64,000 bases of DNA from Sarea resinae (taxonomy: Eukaryota), in assembly GCA_026026165.1 (NCBI GenBank), contig JAPEUD010000008.1:124001-188000 (forward strand), in the 5' to 3' direction. This document shows positions 12,401 through 25,796 of the stretch, piece by piece. Numbering within the stretch: position 1 is the stretch's first letter; each line of letters opens with the position of its first letter. Both the position numbers and the translations under genes were made by a program. Below the pieces are notes generated by a model. It made no database searches. It had not been told where the DNA came from and saw only the letters and a list, made by a program, of their open reading frames with translations.

Positions 12401-13881
12401 TGTCTCGTATGGTGGTGTTATTCTATTAGATGGAGAGCCTTTTGGAATGACGGTCCATCACCTTCTTGAGACTCCTAGCGACGATGATAATAGCGAGGAT
12501 GAAGAAGACTTTTCTATTCGGTCGAGCGCTCGTTGGCCAGCTGGGTTAGATACGGATATTCAGGACCTCGGATCTCAACTTCAAGAGGACGATCTCCTAG
12601 ATTATCCGATTGTTGAATTTTCCGAAGACGAGAGCTGCTACTCTTCTACCGAAGATATCTATGAGATCGACCAAGACCTTTCCGATGATCCCAACTCTAG
12701 CGAAGATGAGAGTGGCCAGGAGGAGCGCGCTCGTTCCTGCGGAGACACCCCTAGCATTGCCAAAGGCAGTGGCGGGGAATACGTAATCACGCAGCCGGCC
12801 CTCGACGACGTCGACGACGATTTCTTTCCTTGCCCGGAAGATCGCGATGATGACCACCTCGACTCTCACACCCTCGGTCACATTTACGCTTCCTCAGGCC
12901 TTCGTCGCTGGAGCCGAAAAGGAATAGTCCACGAGATTGACTGGGCGATCCTCAAAGTCGACAGCGAGCGCCTCCAGCCTTACAATCTCATACAGGGCGG
13001 GAAGCGTTTTTGCCGCAAAGACTTTGGTGCTGGCGCTGATGGCGTGGCAATGTGTCCCAGACTCGTGGAGCCCGTTTGTCGGCGAGGGTTTGATGCAGCC
13101 GAGGATCTGTATCCCTTTCAGGTAGTACCGGAAGAGGAATTGGGTATGTTACGCGTGCATTGTTTGGGACGAACGAGCGGGCTACGGGGGGGAACGATCT
13201 CGCCGGCGATGAGCTCCGTCAGGGTCTATGGAAGGAAGACGTTTTCACGCAGTTGGGCCGTCGTCGGCAATTTTGGAGGTATGCTTATTTCCCATTTCCT
13301 TTGTCCCAGTGGATGAATTAGGAGTCGCACGTACTAACACATGTTGTACAGCTGGCGGTGACTCTGGCGCATGGGTCATCGACAATGAACAGGCTCGCGT
13401 CTGCGGTCACGTCATGGCATGGTGCGCGCGCAACGCCGTCGCCTATATATGCCCCATGCAAGTGCTATTCGAGGATATAGCACGTACGCTGCGTGTTGAT
13501 CGAATCGGGCTTCCGGGTGGTACTGCTACGGTAGCGAGGCAGGAGGATAGTGTGAAGGTGGATATCAGATCGGAGACCACGATGGCGCAAGAAGCGGAGA
13601 GAGAATCCGAAAGAGATGGCAGCTTTTTCCCAAGTCTCGACACCGCCACTGCCATGCCCACAGCTTCCACTAGTACTGGCGATCTACCCATACCCATCAC
13701 CATCAAGACCACCACCACTACAAGCTCCTCTTCTTCTTCTCCCTCTTCTCCTCTATGCCTCCCCCATCGTGCGCCCACAACTACCTACCGCCACCGCCGC
13801 CCAACCTCATTATCTCTGGACCGTAACGTCAACATCAACATCAGTAACGCGGCGTCGAGCCAGCAGCTCGTCAGAAGTTGA
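9483..13881 (+). CDS. Multidomain protein: N-terminal HeLo-like domain, kinase-like (pseudokinase) domain, C2H2 zinc-finger block, C-terminal trypsin-like (Ssy5/S64-like) serine protease
   Basis: Exon 9483-13278, intron 13279-13351, exon 13352-13881. N-terminal LHRRLRIQKDRLATWGLDWSD; kinase-like LEDRLRLA..IVHRNVNSNNV..IYRHP..FDIYSLGLILLEIGLW; CPVPTC..RHTLTH, CGFC..KRHLTSIH, CSIC..HLDDC; protease triad MTVHH / DWAILKV / GGDSGAWV. Confidence 0.8.
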
Positions 13882-14859
13882 CCTCGCGTCGCTTTTAGCC
13901 GCCTGACCTGATGTGGGTGATTGGATGGGCAGATGACGTTTGAGCATGTCTTGAAACATGATGGGTTCAAGGCATCGGGATTGTCACAGGAGCATGCATG
14001 CAGTAAATTAAGCTTGTAATGTGGAGGAGAGGCGTTTGATGGGTGAATTTTACTTTGTTCCTTCTCTCCCCCTTTACTATGGAGAGTGGGCTTAGGCGGC
14101 TCTCTTCTTTCTTTGATGTGGCATGATGGAACGAGCACAGATATGGCGTTGTAGCTCGTGGAAATCTTGCGAGGGAAAGAAGAAAGGGGGGTGATGGTCT
14201 ATCATGCAATTGATTTGATTCAGCTGTATACACAAATATCTATCGTACATGTCCTTCACATTCGAGACATCTTGTTCATCATTGCCATCGTATCCAAGTA
14301 CCTGCACACCCCCCAGCCCAGCCATAGGCGTCCAAGGAGAGTCATAGTACAGTCTATGATGAAGAAAAATCTCTACCGTCATACACGAAAAGAAAAGGGA
14401 TGGATGAGCAAGGCAAGGACGTCCAATCGATGGGAATAAGGCTTTTGGGATGCCAGGAAGGTTTTTTTTGGGGCGTGGGGGTGTAGTATGAGCTATTGGA
14501 CAACGGTGGTAATACTGTTATTGTCGTCAGGATCGCACTTGTGTCTTTCCTTCTTTTGAGATCTTGTTCGGGTCTGAGATTATAGAGGGGCTTGTGTTCT
14601 GTTCCTTTTAGAAGAGATTCCTCCTTCTTACGTCTAAAGCCCGAGAAAAGGGGGAAAAGATAAATAGAATAGAATATCAACGAGAAGAAAAAAAAAGGAA
14701 AGCTCCTTTTAGAAAGAAAGAAAAAGAACCAAGGTCAGTCGAATAGACCACGGCCTGAAATTTGCAAGTACAAGTCGCCACCCACTCGCCCGTCTAACCT
14801 GTCGCCCTTGCAGAAGAACGGAGAAAAAGAGAAAAAAAATAAAAATTGTATAAATTTGG

Positions 14860-16362
14860 CTAGGCGCCCGCAGTGGACGGGTCCAAGACGGCGCACAAAA
14901 GGCGTTCGTAATCGCCGCTCGTATCGCCCCTGACCCGGGCGACTAGGTCCTTGCCGCGAAAAGAGGCCTGATACGCACGCTTGACGTTCTCGAGATGGGC
15001 GCGATCCCAATGGGCACGGACGACGCGGTTCAGAAGCAAGACATCCTTGGTGCCGGGCCCCTTCATGGTTTCCTCGAGCAGGGCGGCGTCACGGGCGGCG
15101 CGGTCGGTGGCGCCGTCGAGGATGTACAGGAAGGCGTCGCGCATGTGGCCCGAGAAGTGCTTGTGCAGGACCTTGCGCAGAGGCGCGGCGTACGTGCGCT
15201 CGTACGTCTGGGCGAGCGCCGCGAGCTGTGGGTCTGAGAGCGTGGTGAGGAGGCGGCAGACTTCGAGGGTGTCGGTACCGGCGGCGAAGGGGCGGCCTTC
15301 GGTCGCGCGATGCATGTCGCTGGCGTGCTGGGAGAGTTGCTGTGGGATGGTGGGCGCCGAGGGTTCCGCGCGGGAGGCGGTCAGGACCATGGCGAAGAGC
15401 CGGGCCGTCTTCAGTGAGAGATCATCCGCCACGGCTTTCTCGAGCGCGACGTGGTATGTGGCGTGGTAAAGGGCTTTGATGGCCAGGAGGTCGGCATTGG
15501 AGCGCGAGAGCAGGACGTCGTTGAGGAGGGCCTCGTTGGTGCCTGCGCCCGCGATGGATTGGTGGAGGAGGTGGACATCTTGGGCTAAGGGCCCCCGGGC
15601 GAGCGCGAGGAGTGTTTCTTCAAAGTAGCCCGACGTTTCTTTCGCCAGGTCGGTTTCGAGACTGCGCGAGAAGAGGCGCGTGTATGTCGTCCGGATCGTG
15701 GCCATGCTGAGCGCGTCTGGCCGGCAGAGTACGCGGATGAGCGTTTTCTCATCCGTGCCGAACCCTTTCATTGCTCTTCGGAGGGAGGATGTTTCTGCTG
15801 TTGCGTCGTAGGGGGCTGAGGCGTTGGGGATGTAGCCTGGGGATGGAGGAGCAGCTTGGGCGTATTGGTTGGGAGGGGGAGGGCCGTAGGGGTTCTAAAG
15901 GAACATGGTTAGATCTGTGTTTGACCTTTTGGGGACTGGGGATGTGTACTGGAGGAGCTCCATATCCGGCCTGTTGAGGCGGCTGGCCGTATGGCTGTTG
16001 TGGTGGATATTGTGGGCCCGGGGGGTATCCCCCGTAGCCTTGCTGTTGCTGTTGCTGAGGATAGTAAGGCTGCGGTGGGCCTTGTCCATAGCCACCAGCT
16101 TGTGAAGGGTGTGGAGGATATGGGGGTGCGGCTTGACTGTAGCCTGCATTTGGAGGATATTGCTGATACTGGTTCGGTGGTGGACCCTGATTTGGATACG
16201 GATGGTTTGGGACAGGTGGAGGAGCACCGTAGCCCGGCTGAGGGGACGCTGAGGCAGGTGTCAGTATCAATCTCCTGCAAGATATCCGGTGATTGGAATG
16301 GGGAACGCACGAGAGCCATATGGTGGGTATCCGGGAGGTCCTTGAGGAGGCGGGTAGTTCAT
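14860..16362 (-). CDS. Annexin with Pro/Gly/Tyr/Gln-rich N-terminus (annexin A7/A11-like)
   Basis: Exons 16362-16311, 16248-15950 and 15894-14860 splice in frame (~461 aa); four annexin repeats (MKGFGTDE, IAGAGTNE, AAGTDT, MKGPGTKD; ETSGYFE, DTSGDYE). Confidence 0.93.
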
Positions 16363-17060
16363 GATGTTGACTAGGTATGTAGGTATGCAGTCTAGAGGGG
16401 AGACTCTATTGTCAACGCAAGCAATGAAGGTCTCTAAGACGATTGAGATGAAGAGGCAGTGACGATGACAGTTATATCAGAAAAAAACAATACAGTGCAA
16501 TGCCTCCAGACACATGAGGTGATTGAGTCGCAAGAGTGAGCCGCGTAAGGCAGTATCGATAAGTGCGGTCATGGTGGGGCGGGCTGTGCGGTGCTCAGCC
16601 ACCCACTGCGTGCCAGCCACTGCATGTACCCCGGATTTTTCGCTTTCGCCTCAATGACGAAAACACCACCGAATAATACCCCTGGATGTCAGGCAACGCT
16701 GGGCATTTGCTCTCAACTTTTATTTCATCAAACCATCAGAAAGAACGGATGCACTGGCAGGTTCCGACGATTATCATACTCAGCCAGCCCTTTCAAAGCA
16801 GGGCTAAACCCTTAGCTGGTTCGAGATCTATCAACCTTGTCGACCGCCTGAAAACGCCCAGCTTCATACTAGACGGCTGAAGAGGAAATGAGGATTTCTG
16901 GGTTTCACTTTATATGTGCATGTTTTCATGATTCAAACTTTTATGGGAATGATCTAATGGCAGTATGTCGAGTTACATAAAAGAACATGAACCGTGACCA
17001 GACACCTATCGCCATTTCCGATTCAACTTTTCCTGTCCATCATCCTTACTGACCCGGAAA

Positions 17061-19858
17061 TCACTGGAACTTCGGCACGTCGTAGACGTCGTCTGCATCT
17101 ATAAAGAGAGGACGCGTTAGAGTATTGATATATTAGCATTTACATATATATAGACATACCTTTCCCAACCGTCATGATGTACTCATGCGACTTATTTCTC
17201 AGGTGTCCTAACTCGGCCAAGATCTTCGGCATTTCAAGCTTGACTGTCTCGTTGGTCTTCGAGGCGCCCCTGATCGCCGCCTCAGCAACATGGTATCTGC
17301 TGACTCTGTTCTGGAGCATCATATCGAAGGGCGTCGTGGTAGTGCCTTCCTCTCGGTAGCTCTCGATCGAGACGCGGTTGAGGTTTGGCCGGCCAAAGAG
17401 CAAACCCTGGAGCTCCCCTGCGTAGCCATGGTAGTTGAAATGGATGGGCTTATCCGAGGTGAAAAGAGAGTCGAAGTCGTCATGGCTTAAGGAATGAGGA
17501 TGAGCGCCCTCGAGGCTGAGAATCATGAGATCTGTGACATTGACGACACGGAGACGGAGGTGAGGGGCAATTTTCCGGAGAAGTTCCGCTGCTTTGATTA
17601 CCTCGAAGGTGAGTTCGCAGCCGATGCCGACTATCACGACGTCTGGGTTCACGCCGCGGTCTGTGCTGGCGAATTTCCATACGGAGCCGCCGGCTTTGCA
17701 GTGACTGTCGGCTTCTTCAGGGGACAGGTATACTGGGGTGGGTTGCTTAGACCCAACCATCAGATTGACGTAGTTCTTCGAGCGAAGGCAGTGGGCAAAT
17801 GTTGAGAGGAAACAATTCGCGTCTGGGGGAAGATAGACGCGAGCAGCACCTGGCTTGAGATTCAATACAGCACCGATAAATGAAGGATTCTGGTGAGAAA
17901 AGCCGTTGTGCTCTTGCCTGGTCCAGGTGCTAGTTTCGATATAGTTAATACTACCAATATCTCCTCTCCATGACATTTCGCGAGCCTGAACCGGTCAGTA
18001 TATTAAACAGGTAGTGACTGATTGAGATTTACCATCTTATTGAACTTGCTGTACTGGACCATCATAGTGTGAACGATGCCCAGGAAGCTCTCATATGAGG
18101 GGAATAACCCCACTCGGCCAGTCAAGGTATAGCCTTGCATAAATCCTTGACATGTGTGCTCTGAGAGAATCTCGATAACTCTTCCGCCTTGTGCCTTCGA
18201 GTATTGGTCCCACTGGAAGTCTCGTCCAGTGTGACGGAAGACAGCGTCAAGCTTGTTGCTGACGAGCTCATCCGGCGAAAACACTCTCATCGTGTGCGGG
18301 TTGTCGACCAATGTCTTATCAAGCAATTCTCCGACGGCTTTCATGCAACTTACTTCCGAGAACTTTTCAACGCCGAATTGTTGCCATTCCGGGACGTTTA
18401 CACCCACAAAGCAATCATATGACTCCTTCCTCTGACCGAGCTTTTTGTCATCTCTTTTCGGGATGATGCTGAGGACTGGATCCTGAACGTCACCGTCTGG
18501 TGTGAAAAGCTCTTTGGGATGGTAAGACTCTAGCCATCCTTGGAGGTCTTTGAGCTCCTCTGGATCAGTCTTTGCAGCTGGAAGGGGTACTTGATGAGCA
18601 TGAAAAGAGCCTTCAATGAATTCTCCGTGTACTTTCTTGGGTCCTCCCCAGCCCTGTACCAATTAGCATTCACCAACGAGTATACTCACCATTCTGCGAC
18701 ATACCTTTGGCGTTCTCATGATCAGAACTGGCCATCTTGGTTTGGGGATTGGCTTTCCCGAACGAGCGGCCTCTTGGATCTTATGAATCTCGCCCACGGC
18801 CCACTCCATAGAAGCACCCATGTCCCCGTCAATATCTCCTAGATCCTCGACAAAGCGGACTTGGTAGCCATAGCCAGAGAACAGACAAACGATTTCTTTA
18901 TCGTCCATGCAGCCATATATGGTTCTCTCGCTGATTTTGAAGCCATTGACATGTACGATTGGTATGACTGCACCCGACTCTTTGGGATCAATGTATTTGT
19001 AGCCATGCCAAGCACTGCGTATCAGGTAATTAGCTCTCTTTCCTAAAGGATCTTTCTCTACTTACGTAGCAGTTGGGCCACTCTCGGCCTCACCATCGCC
19101 GACTACACAAGCGACGATGAGGTCGGGCTTGTCCATCACAGCACCAAAGGCAACAGACAAGGCGTATCCTAGCTCGCCACCTTCATGAATGGCTCCGGGA
19201 GTTTCCGCATTGATGTGACTATCGTCCCCGTCGTCAGAATATCGAGACATCGAGCGAAGTGGGAAAGTCTACTGACCTTGGAAATCCACCAGGTGTGCTA
19301 AATCTTGTAATCAGATTGTGCAAGCCCTGCTTATCCCGAGTGTAATGGGGATAGAATCGTCCCAATGAACCTTCGAGCCACAATGAGGCAAGAATAGCTG
19401 GAGCGCCATGGCCCGGTCCGACAACATAGAGGATATCCAGATCGTGCTTCTTGACCAGTAAATTCAGGTGGGAATATACGAGGATGAGACCCGGGCATGT
19501 CCCCCAGTGACCTATATCCACCTTAGCGATGATCTCGACTGCGCACGGTAGGCTCTAGCATACCCAGCAATCGATGCTTTATATCATCAAATGTTAGATC
19601 ACGGTCAATTAGCACATTGCCTTTCAGGAAGATCATAGCTAAGGCGGCGGTGATCAGCAAACGTTCGCGACGTCATATCTCAAGGCGTCTCGTACCCCCA
19701 GCAATATAGTTGGCCGCGCGGCGGAACTCCTGGAGGGCCAACCTGGTGCCATCATCGAGCTTCGCATTTTCGAGCTTCACCGAGAGAGACAGGACCTCGT
19801 CGGGGATGTGCGATGGCAGTGGAGGAGGGTTCGCTTGCTCAATCACTTCTCCGGGCAT
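17061..19858 (-). CDS. xfp: Xylulose-5-phosphate/fructose-6-phosphate phosphoketolase
   Basis: Multi-exon; motifs [45 protein letters not shown] (TPP-binding), [31 protein letters not shown]; last exon ..[10 protein letters not shown] ends at 17061. Confidence 0.97.
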
Positions 19859-20217
19859 ATTGACGAGATTGAATTCAATTGAGCTAAAATTGAGAGACGA
19901 TCGAATGATGGAAGGTCAAGAGTCAAGATCGATGGTGGGGGAGGGAGGGAAGAAATGAAATGCTTTACTTCTGTACTAACGTGAATGGATAAAGTAGTGA
20001 TGAGAGACCGATGACATTGATTTCGCAACAAGCTTGGAAGGTTAGTAGGTAAGGAAGGATCATGACAGATCACAGAGGGCCATCATACGATTCCCTCTCC
20101 AGCGCCGTCCACTTCCAGTTGGCCCACGCAGTTGGTCTCCCCAATTGGCCTCTTGACATCATTTCTGTTGTGCCATCGTAGATTCCAAGTCGCGGCATGA
20201 ACGGCATGAGCGACCTG

Positions 20218-20225
20218 TGACGTCA
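20218..20225. promoter_or_regulatory. Perfect CRE palindrome TGACGTCA (ATF/CREB-type bZIP site) in the xfp/ackA divergent promoter
   Basis: Exact TGACGTCA near the middle of the ~750-bp intergenic region between the two divergent start codons. Confidence 0.4.
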
Positions 20226-20605
20226 CGCTTGACGACAAGGTCAAGTTGGGTGCAAGCCAGGGAACGGTTCTTCTGTCATCTTTCATCTTTCTTCTTTCTT
20301 CAAGAGCATTCAAAACACCATCTATCTACGTCAACTATCCCAAGACTCTCATCGGAGAGGTACGGCATATAATTGCCCTCATCCACTGCAGACCTGCGTT
20401 TGCGGTGGCCTGCTTGGCGGAATTTGAAACGTCGTCACCATCATCATCATCTGGATCATCATCATCGTATCGATAAGCATATCGGGATACAGGGGTACTT
20501 CTCAACGCCGGCTCTATTGCCGATCCTCTTCGTCACGGCATCCCGAAGCCCTAAACAGGCATTGTGTTTACTGCCGCCAATCTCATCTCATCCTACCCAC
20601 CCGAA

Positions 20606-22085
20606 ATGGCACGAGTCATTCTTGCGATTAATGTTGGCTCCTCGTCCGTCAAAGTCTCCGTATACAAAGCTGCGCAGAAAGGCGCACCGCCCAAACACTT
20701 ACTCGAGGCCCAGGTCGCCGGCCTAACCGCGCCCCCAGCGACACTGACATACCAACGAGGAGAGACCAATATAAAATCCCAGAAAATCGAGCATGACATC
20801 AAGAGTCAGGAAGATGCGTTCACATACCTACTGGATTATATGACCAATGACAAGGACTTGCCCGACGTCTCCCACAGAGACGATATCAACTATGCCTGTC
20901 ATCGAGTGGTACACGGAGGTGATTTTCCGGATGCTCAAATCATCAGCAAACCGACATATCACTACATAGAACAGCTGTCCGACTTGGCTCCTCTGTAAGC
21001 TGCAGCTCCTCGTAATTCTCATTACTCTCCATTGCTAATCTTATTGCCCAGACACAACGGCGGCGCTCTCACCGTTATCCATACATGTATCAAGGAGCTC
21101 CCCAAGACCGAAAATGTAGCCTATTTCGACTCGTCGTTTCACACTACCCTCCCCAAAGAGATCCGCACCTACCCCATCGATCCCGAAATATCCTCGAGAA
21201 ACAAATTGCGAAAGTACGGATTTCATGGTATCAGCTATTCCTTCATCACCCGATCTGTCGCCGAATTCTTGCAGAAACCGATAGAGAAGACGAACATTAT
21301 TGCGCTGCATCTTGGGAGTGGGGCTTCAATATGTGCGGTCAAGGACGGAAAATCCTTTGATACTTCGTGAGTGGCCTTTTTCCCCCTCAGAGCTTCGCAA
21401 CTGATGGTCATTCAGCATGGGCTTAACACCTCTAGCAGGCCTTCCCGGGGCCACTAGAAGCGGCAGTATTGATCCCAGGTAAGAGCAATGCAGCAGGTCA
21501 AGTAACACCACTAAACTCTTTGCAGTCTTGTCTTCCACTATACCCACAAAGCAGGCCGTCTTAGCCCCAGCAGCACAAAGCAAATGCATATCAGCACAGT
21601 AAGCCATCCTCCTCTGGCCACCCTTTTGATCATGTGAAGAAGCCCCTAACACATCCTTCCGACCCCAGGCAGAGGAAATTCTCAACAAAGAGTCAGGGTG
21701 GAAATCCTTGACTGGCACCACTGACTTTGGCCACATCTCTTCTCACGCTGAAGACTCAGCCTGTGCTCTTGCTTTTGACATTTTCGTCGACCGCATTCTC
21801 GGCTACATTGGCAGCTACTATATCAAGCTCTCCGGTGACGTTGACGCGTTAGTGTTCGCAGGCGGGATTGGAGAAAAGGGATCGAGATTACGCCAAAGCA
21901 TAATTGACCAGTGCAAATGTCTGGGATTTGAGATTGATCAAAAGACAAATGAGAAGCCCGGGGACGGGGTGGTGACGGAGTTGACGGGGGAGAAATCGAG
22001 ATATCGGACGCTGATATGTAAGACGGATGAGCAATTTGAGATGGCGAGGGGATGCGCGAGAGATGATAGGATATGGGTTGATTGA
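20606..22085 (+). CDS. ackA: Acetate kinase
   Basis: ATG 20606; ILAINVGSSSVK, CHRVVHGG, LAPL/HN, FDSSFH, RKYGFHGISY, HLGSGAS, MGLTPLAGLPGATRSGSIDP, LVFAGGIGE, TDEQFEMAR; four short introns. Confidence 0.97.
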
Positions 22086-22731
22086 TGGAGACGAGCTGCG
22101 GACTTCCTCTGATACCATTCGAATTCTCACTAGATATGCAGTGCGTGAAAAGGTGAGGAGCGTAGACAGCAATGATGGTGGCTGTGAGGCAGGATCAGAT
22201 CAATGTCGCGTAAGGTAGACCTAGATGTCATCGGTAGTATTGATGTCGCGTCCAGAGTTCAGACCGAGTCTCAAGTATCGTCAGGATCCTTCACGCCCTG
22301 TCCTGAGACCTCGATTGAAACGGATCCGTGCCTCTGTATATTCGATTCCAGTGGTGAAGTCACCACCGTTGATCACACATGCGCAATACTTCCTTTCACG
22401 TTCACGGCCATCCGTGCGATTCTAATTCGGTGTCGCACGTCCTCCTCTCGTGCAAATGGACCTGAAGCATTCAAGAGAGTCTCATCCGTCATCTTCGATA
22501 AGCTCTCAGAATGGCATCACGGGCAAAGGACGAAGATGGCCATCACGGCCAGTCTAGCGGGGTCGCTGCCTATCTGCCAATCAACGGGCGGGGATCGATC
22601 GAGAGCTGACCGGGGTGTCGATACTTCGTATTACCTGCCATGAAACGCCAAAGACAAAGGCATGTCCGGCTTGGATCTCACCGCTTGCAGTATTGCGCGC
22701 GAGGCCTCGTCGAGACTCACCAAGAGAAGGC

Positions 22732-25700
22732 ATGGCAGCGGCTCAGCAGACCGGTCTGCTCGATCTGGAGAAAGAGTTGACGTGCTCTGTAAGCTTCCCT
22801 CTCAAAGCGCGCCTTCGTTTGCCGGCATCTGAGCTGTATGCAAACGAGAGGAGCTGCAGACTCCAGCTTCCTAAGACATGCAGAGAAATGCCTGTTGAAA
22901 AAACCAAGATGCTAATGTTCCGCAGATCTGCACCGAAGTACTCTACCAACCCCTCACCCTCCTCGACTGCCTCCATACGTTCTGCGGCTCTTGCTTGAAA
23001 GAGTGGTTCAGCTGGCAGGGCGAACACTCCTCCAGCAGACATCCGTACACTTGCCCATCATGTCGCGCATCCGTGCGAGAGACCAGGCCGGATGCCAAAG
23101 TGACGACGCTTCTGGACATGTTCCTACAGGCGAACCCAGGAAGAGGGAAGAGTGAAGAGGAGAAGGAGGAGATCAAAGTCAAGTACACACCTGGAGAAAA
23201 TGTGGTGCCGAGGATCGAACATCGAAGAAGATCATCCTCGCGATCAGACAGGGAGGATAGGAGGCTTATAGAGGAGGTTAGGGAATTGAGCTTGAGGGAT
23301 GTGGAGGCAAATTCCGCGGGTCCTCGCGACAATACACTACGAGTCGCTGGGATTCGTGAATCGAGGGAATCAGAGAACCAACGGCGGCGAAGGAATCATG
23401 AGTCTCGTCATCGGCATAGGAACAGCAGTCATCTTTCTTCAACAAGTCGAGGCGACGAGGCCAGCAGAAGCCCTTCACGGCAAAGGTCGCGGAGCCGTCA
23501 AGTAGGGCATCAATCCAGTCTCCGGTCTCTTCTGAGCACCGATCTGGATTCGGAAGAGACTGTTGAGGAGATTATGCGCCAGATTTCCGAGGAGGGCCTT
23601 TTGGATGGCATTGACTTTAGCAATCTCGATGGTGCACAAGAGGACGAGCTCAGCGAGAAAATCGCGGAGGCGTATCGACGACGGCATCCTCGGCCGTCTA
23701 CACGGACAGGTGAAAGCCAGAGCGACTCAGGCGAATCCCGTCCGAGGTCTCGAAGACGGGAAGAGGAGCAGCCAAGGCAAAGACATCATGCAAGATCACA
23801 CAGCGCTGCTATCCAGCCGAGTCAGCCTCGTCAACCATCTGCGTCTCGCACGCATTTGCTTCCCGAAGAACCGGGGACTCGTGCCCGTCGACAGAGAGCC
23901 TCGAGCGACGTTCGCCGTCAGCACTCTCCGCCACCCAGTGCGCTCGGAACCACGTCCAATACTGGTAGAGCCGCAGCGCGCTCTGCGACAGACCTCTCTG
24001 ACAGGCCTCAGTCGTCTCATGCGCAACATTCCAGAAGCCAGAGGCCAACAGACCGTAATCGCAGCACCACCGACCCCGAGAACAGAAGTGTGCGTGGATT
24101 GTGGCAAGGAGGCCCTCTATTTCCGAGAGCGACGGGAAATTCATCCCCTAGATCTAGTACCCCATCTACGAATGATCGTCCTCCGGCCAGGTCATCACCT
24201 ACCATGGCGTCTCCGCAAGTCACTGAAAACCAAGAAACAGTTCCAACTTCTACTCACACGCCACCTCCTGGTCTAGCCTCCGGGGCTGGCTCGCTCGTTC
24301 CTCCGACATCGTCAAACGACACACAGACATCAAATTCGAGACCTTCATCTTCATCGTCCGCCGCTCGCCCTCGTGCAGTCCTATACCCCGAACCGTCGAT
24401 CTCGTGCAGCCGCTGCAACAAAGCCCACATCGAATACGAACTGCACGAAAACTGCGACAAATGCAACGACGGCAATTACAATCTCTGTCTACGATGCTAC
24501 CGTCTCGGCAAAGGCTGTCTGCACTGGTACGGCTTTGGCTACGCGGCATGGGCACGTTATGAACGGCAGGCGCCCGCGGGAGGGTATCCGGCCGATCATG
24601 CGGTCCCCCACACCCTGACGGGGCAGCGCTATCTCCGACCGAAACAGGGTGCTCTGCAGCCTGCACCTGGCGACGATGGGCGATCACTGACCAGTGAAGA
24701 TGCGTCGAAAAGACTCCAGAGGGGCGTCTTCTGCGCCATCTGTCTCGCGTTTGCAAATCCCTGTTTCTGGAAATGCGACCTCTGCAACGAGGGCGAATGG
24801 GGCTTTTGCAACTCCTGCGTCGCTCAGGGGCGGTGTTGTACGCATCCTCTACTGCCCCTGACGCACAGGTCTAGTCCAAGGCCGCCTCGTCTCGAAACAC
24901 AACAGCAGCAGCAACAACAACAGCAACAACAAATACAACAGCCACCATCATCCTTCTCTCCCAATTTTCCACAAGACAGCCCGACCAAAGCGTCGCCCAC
25001 CGCAGCTCTACTGCCTCCCGGCACCGACATCGGACTCCCAAGCAGCAGAAGCCTCCCAGGCACCTTCATCCCACTAACCTTCCGCACCAAATGCGACATC
25101 TGCAAATACCCGATCCAGCCATCGACGACGCGCTTCCACTGCCCGCAATGCACCGGCGGCGACTACGACATCTGTACGCCGTGCTACCACAAGCTGGTGC
25201 TGTCGGGCCGGATCAGCGGCGAGAACGGGCACCGCGGCTGGCGGCGCTGTCTGGCGGGCCATCGCATGGTGGTGGTCGGGTTCGAGGACCGCGGCGCCGG
25301 CCAGAGGCGAGTCGTCGTGCGCGACCTGGTGGGCGGAACCACGCTCAAGGACGAAGGCGAGGCCTCCGCCGCCACCGCCACCGCCGCCGCGCCTGGTGGT
25401 GGTGGTAGTGGTAGTGGCGACGACAGGGACGCCGGCAACACCGCCAAGGCTTTCTCGTCCACCTGGACGTGGCAGGATGGGCCGGGCGGCGAGAAGAAAT
25501 CCAGGAGTATTGGCGGTGGTGGTGGTGGTGGTGGTGGTGCCGTTTCGCAGTCTCCCACCACGACCACCACCACCAGCAACACACGAAAACCCTTCTTCCC
25601 GCCCGACGGCGGCGTCGGCATGCGCGTCGTCGCGCTGTGGAGCTACTACCCGGCGCCCGGCGTGGCCGACGAACTGATGTTCCCCAAGGGCGCCGAGGTG

Positions 25701-25796
25701 CGCGAGGTCGAGGACATCAACGGCGATTGGTTCTGGGGCGCGTACGCGGGCGCCAAGGGCTTGTTTCCCGGGGGGTATGTGCGGGTGATTGGATAA
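22732..25796 (+). CDS. RING-finger (CHFR-like) putative E3 ligase with ZZ-type zinc fingers and C-terminal SH3 domain
   Basis: Exon 22732-22788, intron, exon 22926-25796: DLEKELTCS/ICTEVLYQPLTLLDCLHTFCGSC..CPSCR (RING); CSRC..CDKC..YNLCLRC and CDIC..FHCPQC..YDICTPC (ZZ-like); ALWSYYP..DELMFPKGAEV..WFWG..GLFPGGYV (SH3). Confidence 0.9.

Noticed and set aside
17061..22085. Recent horizontal transfer or bacterial contamination of xfp/ackA
   Set aside because: Both genes carry multiple spliceosomal introns and match the surrounding composition; the pathway is already known in fungi.
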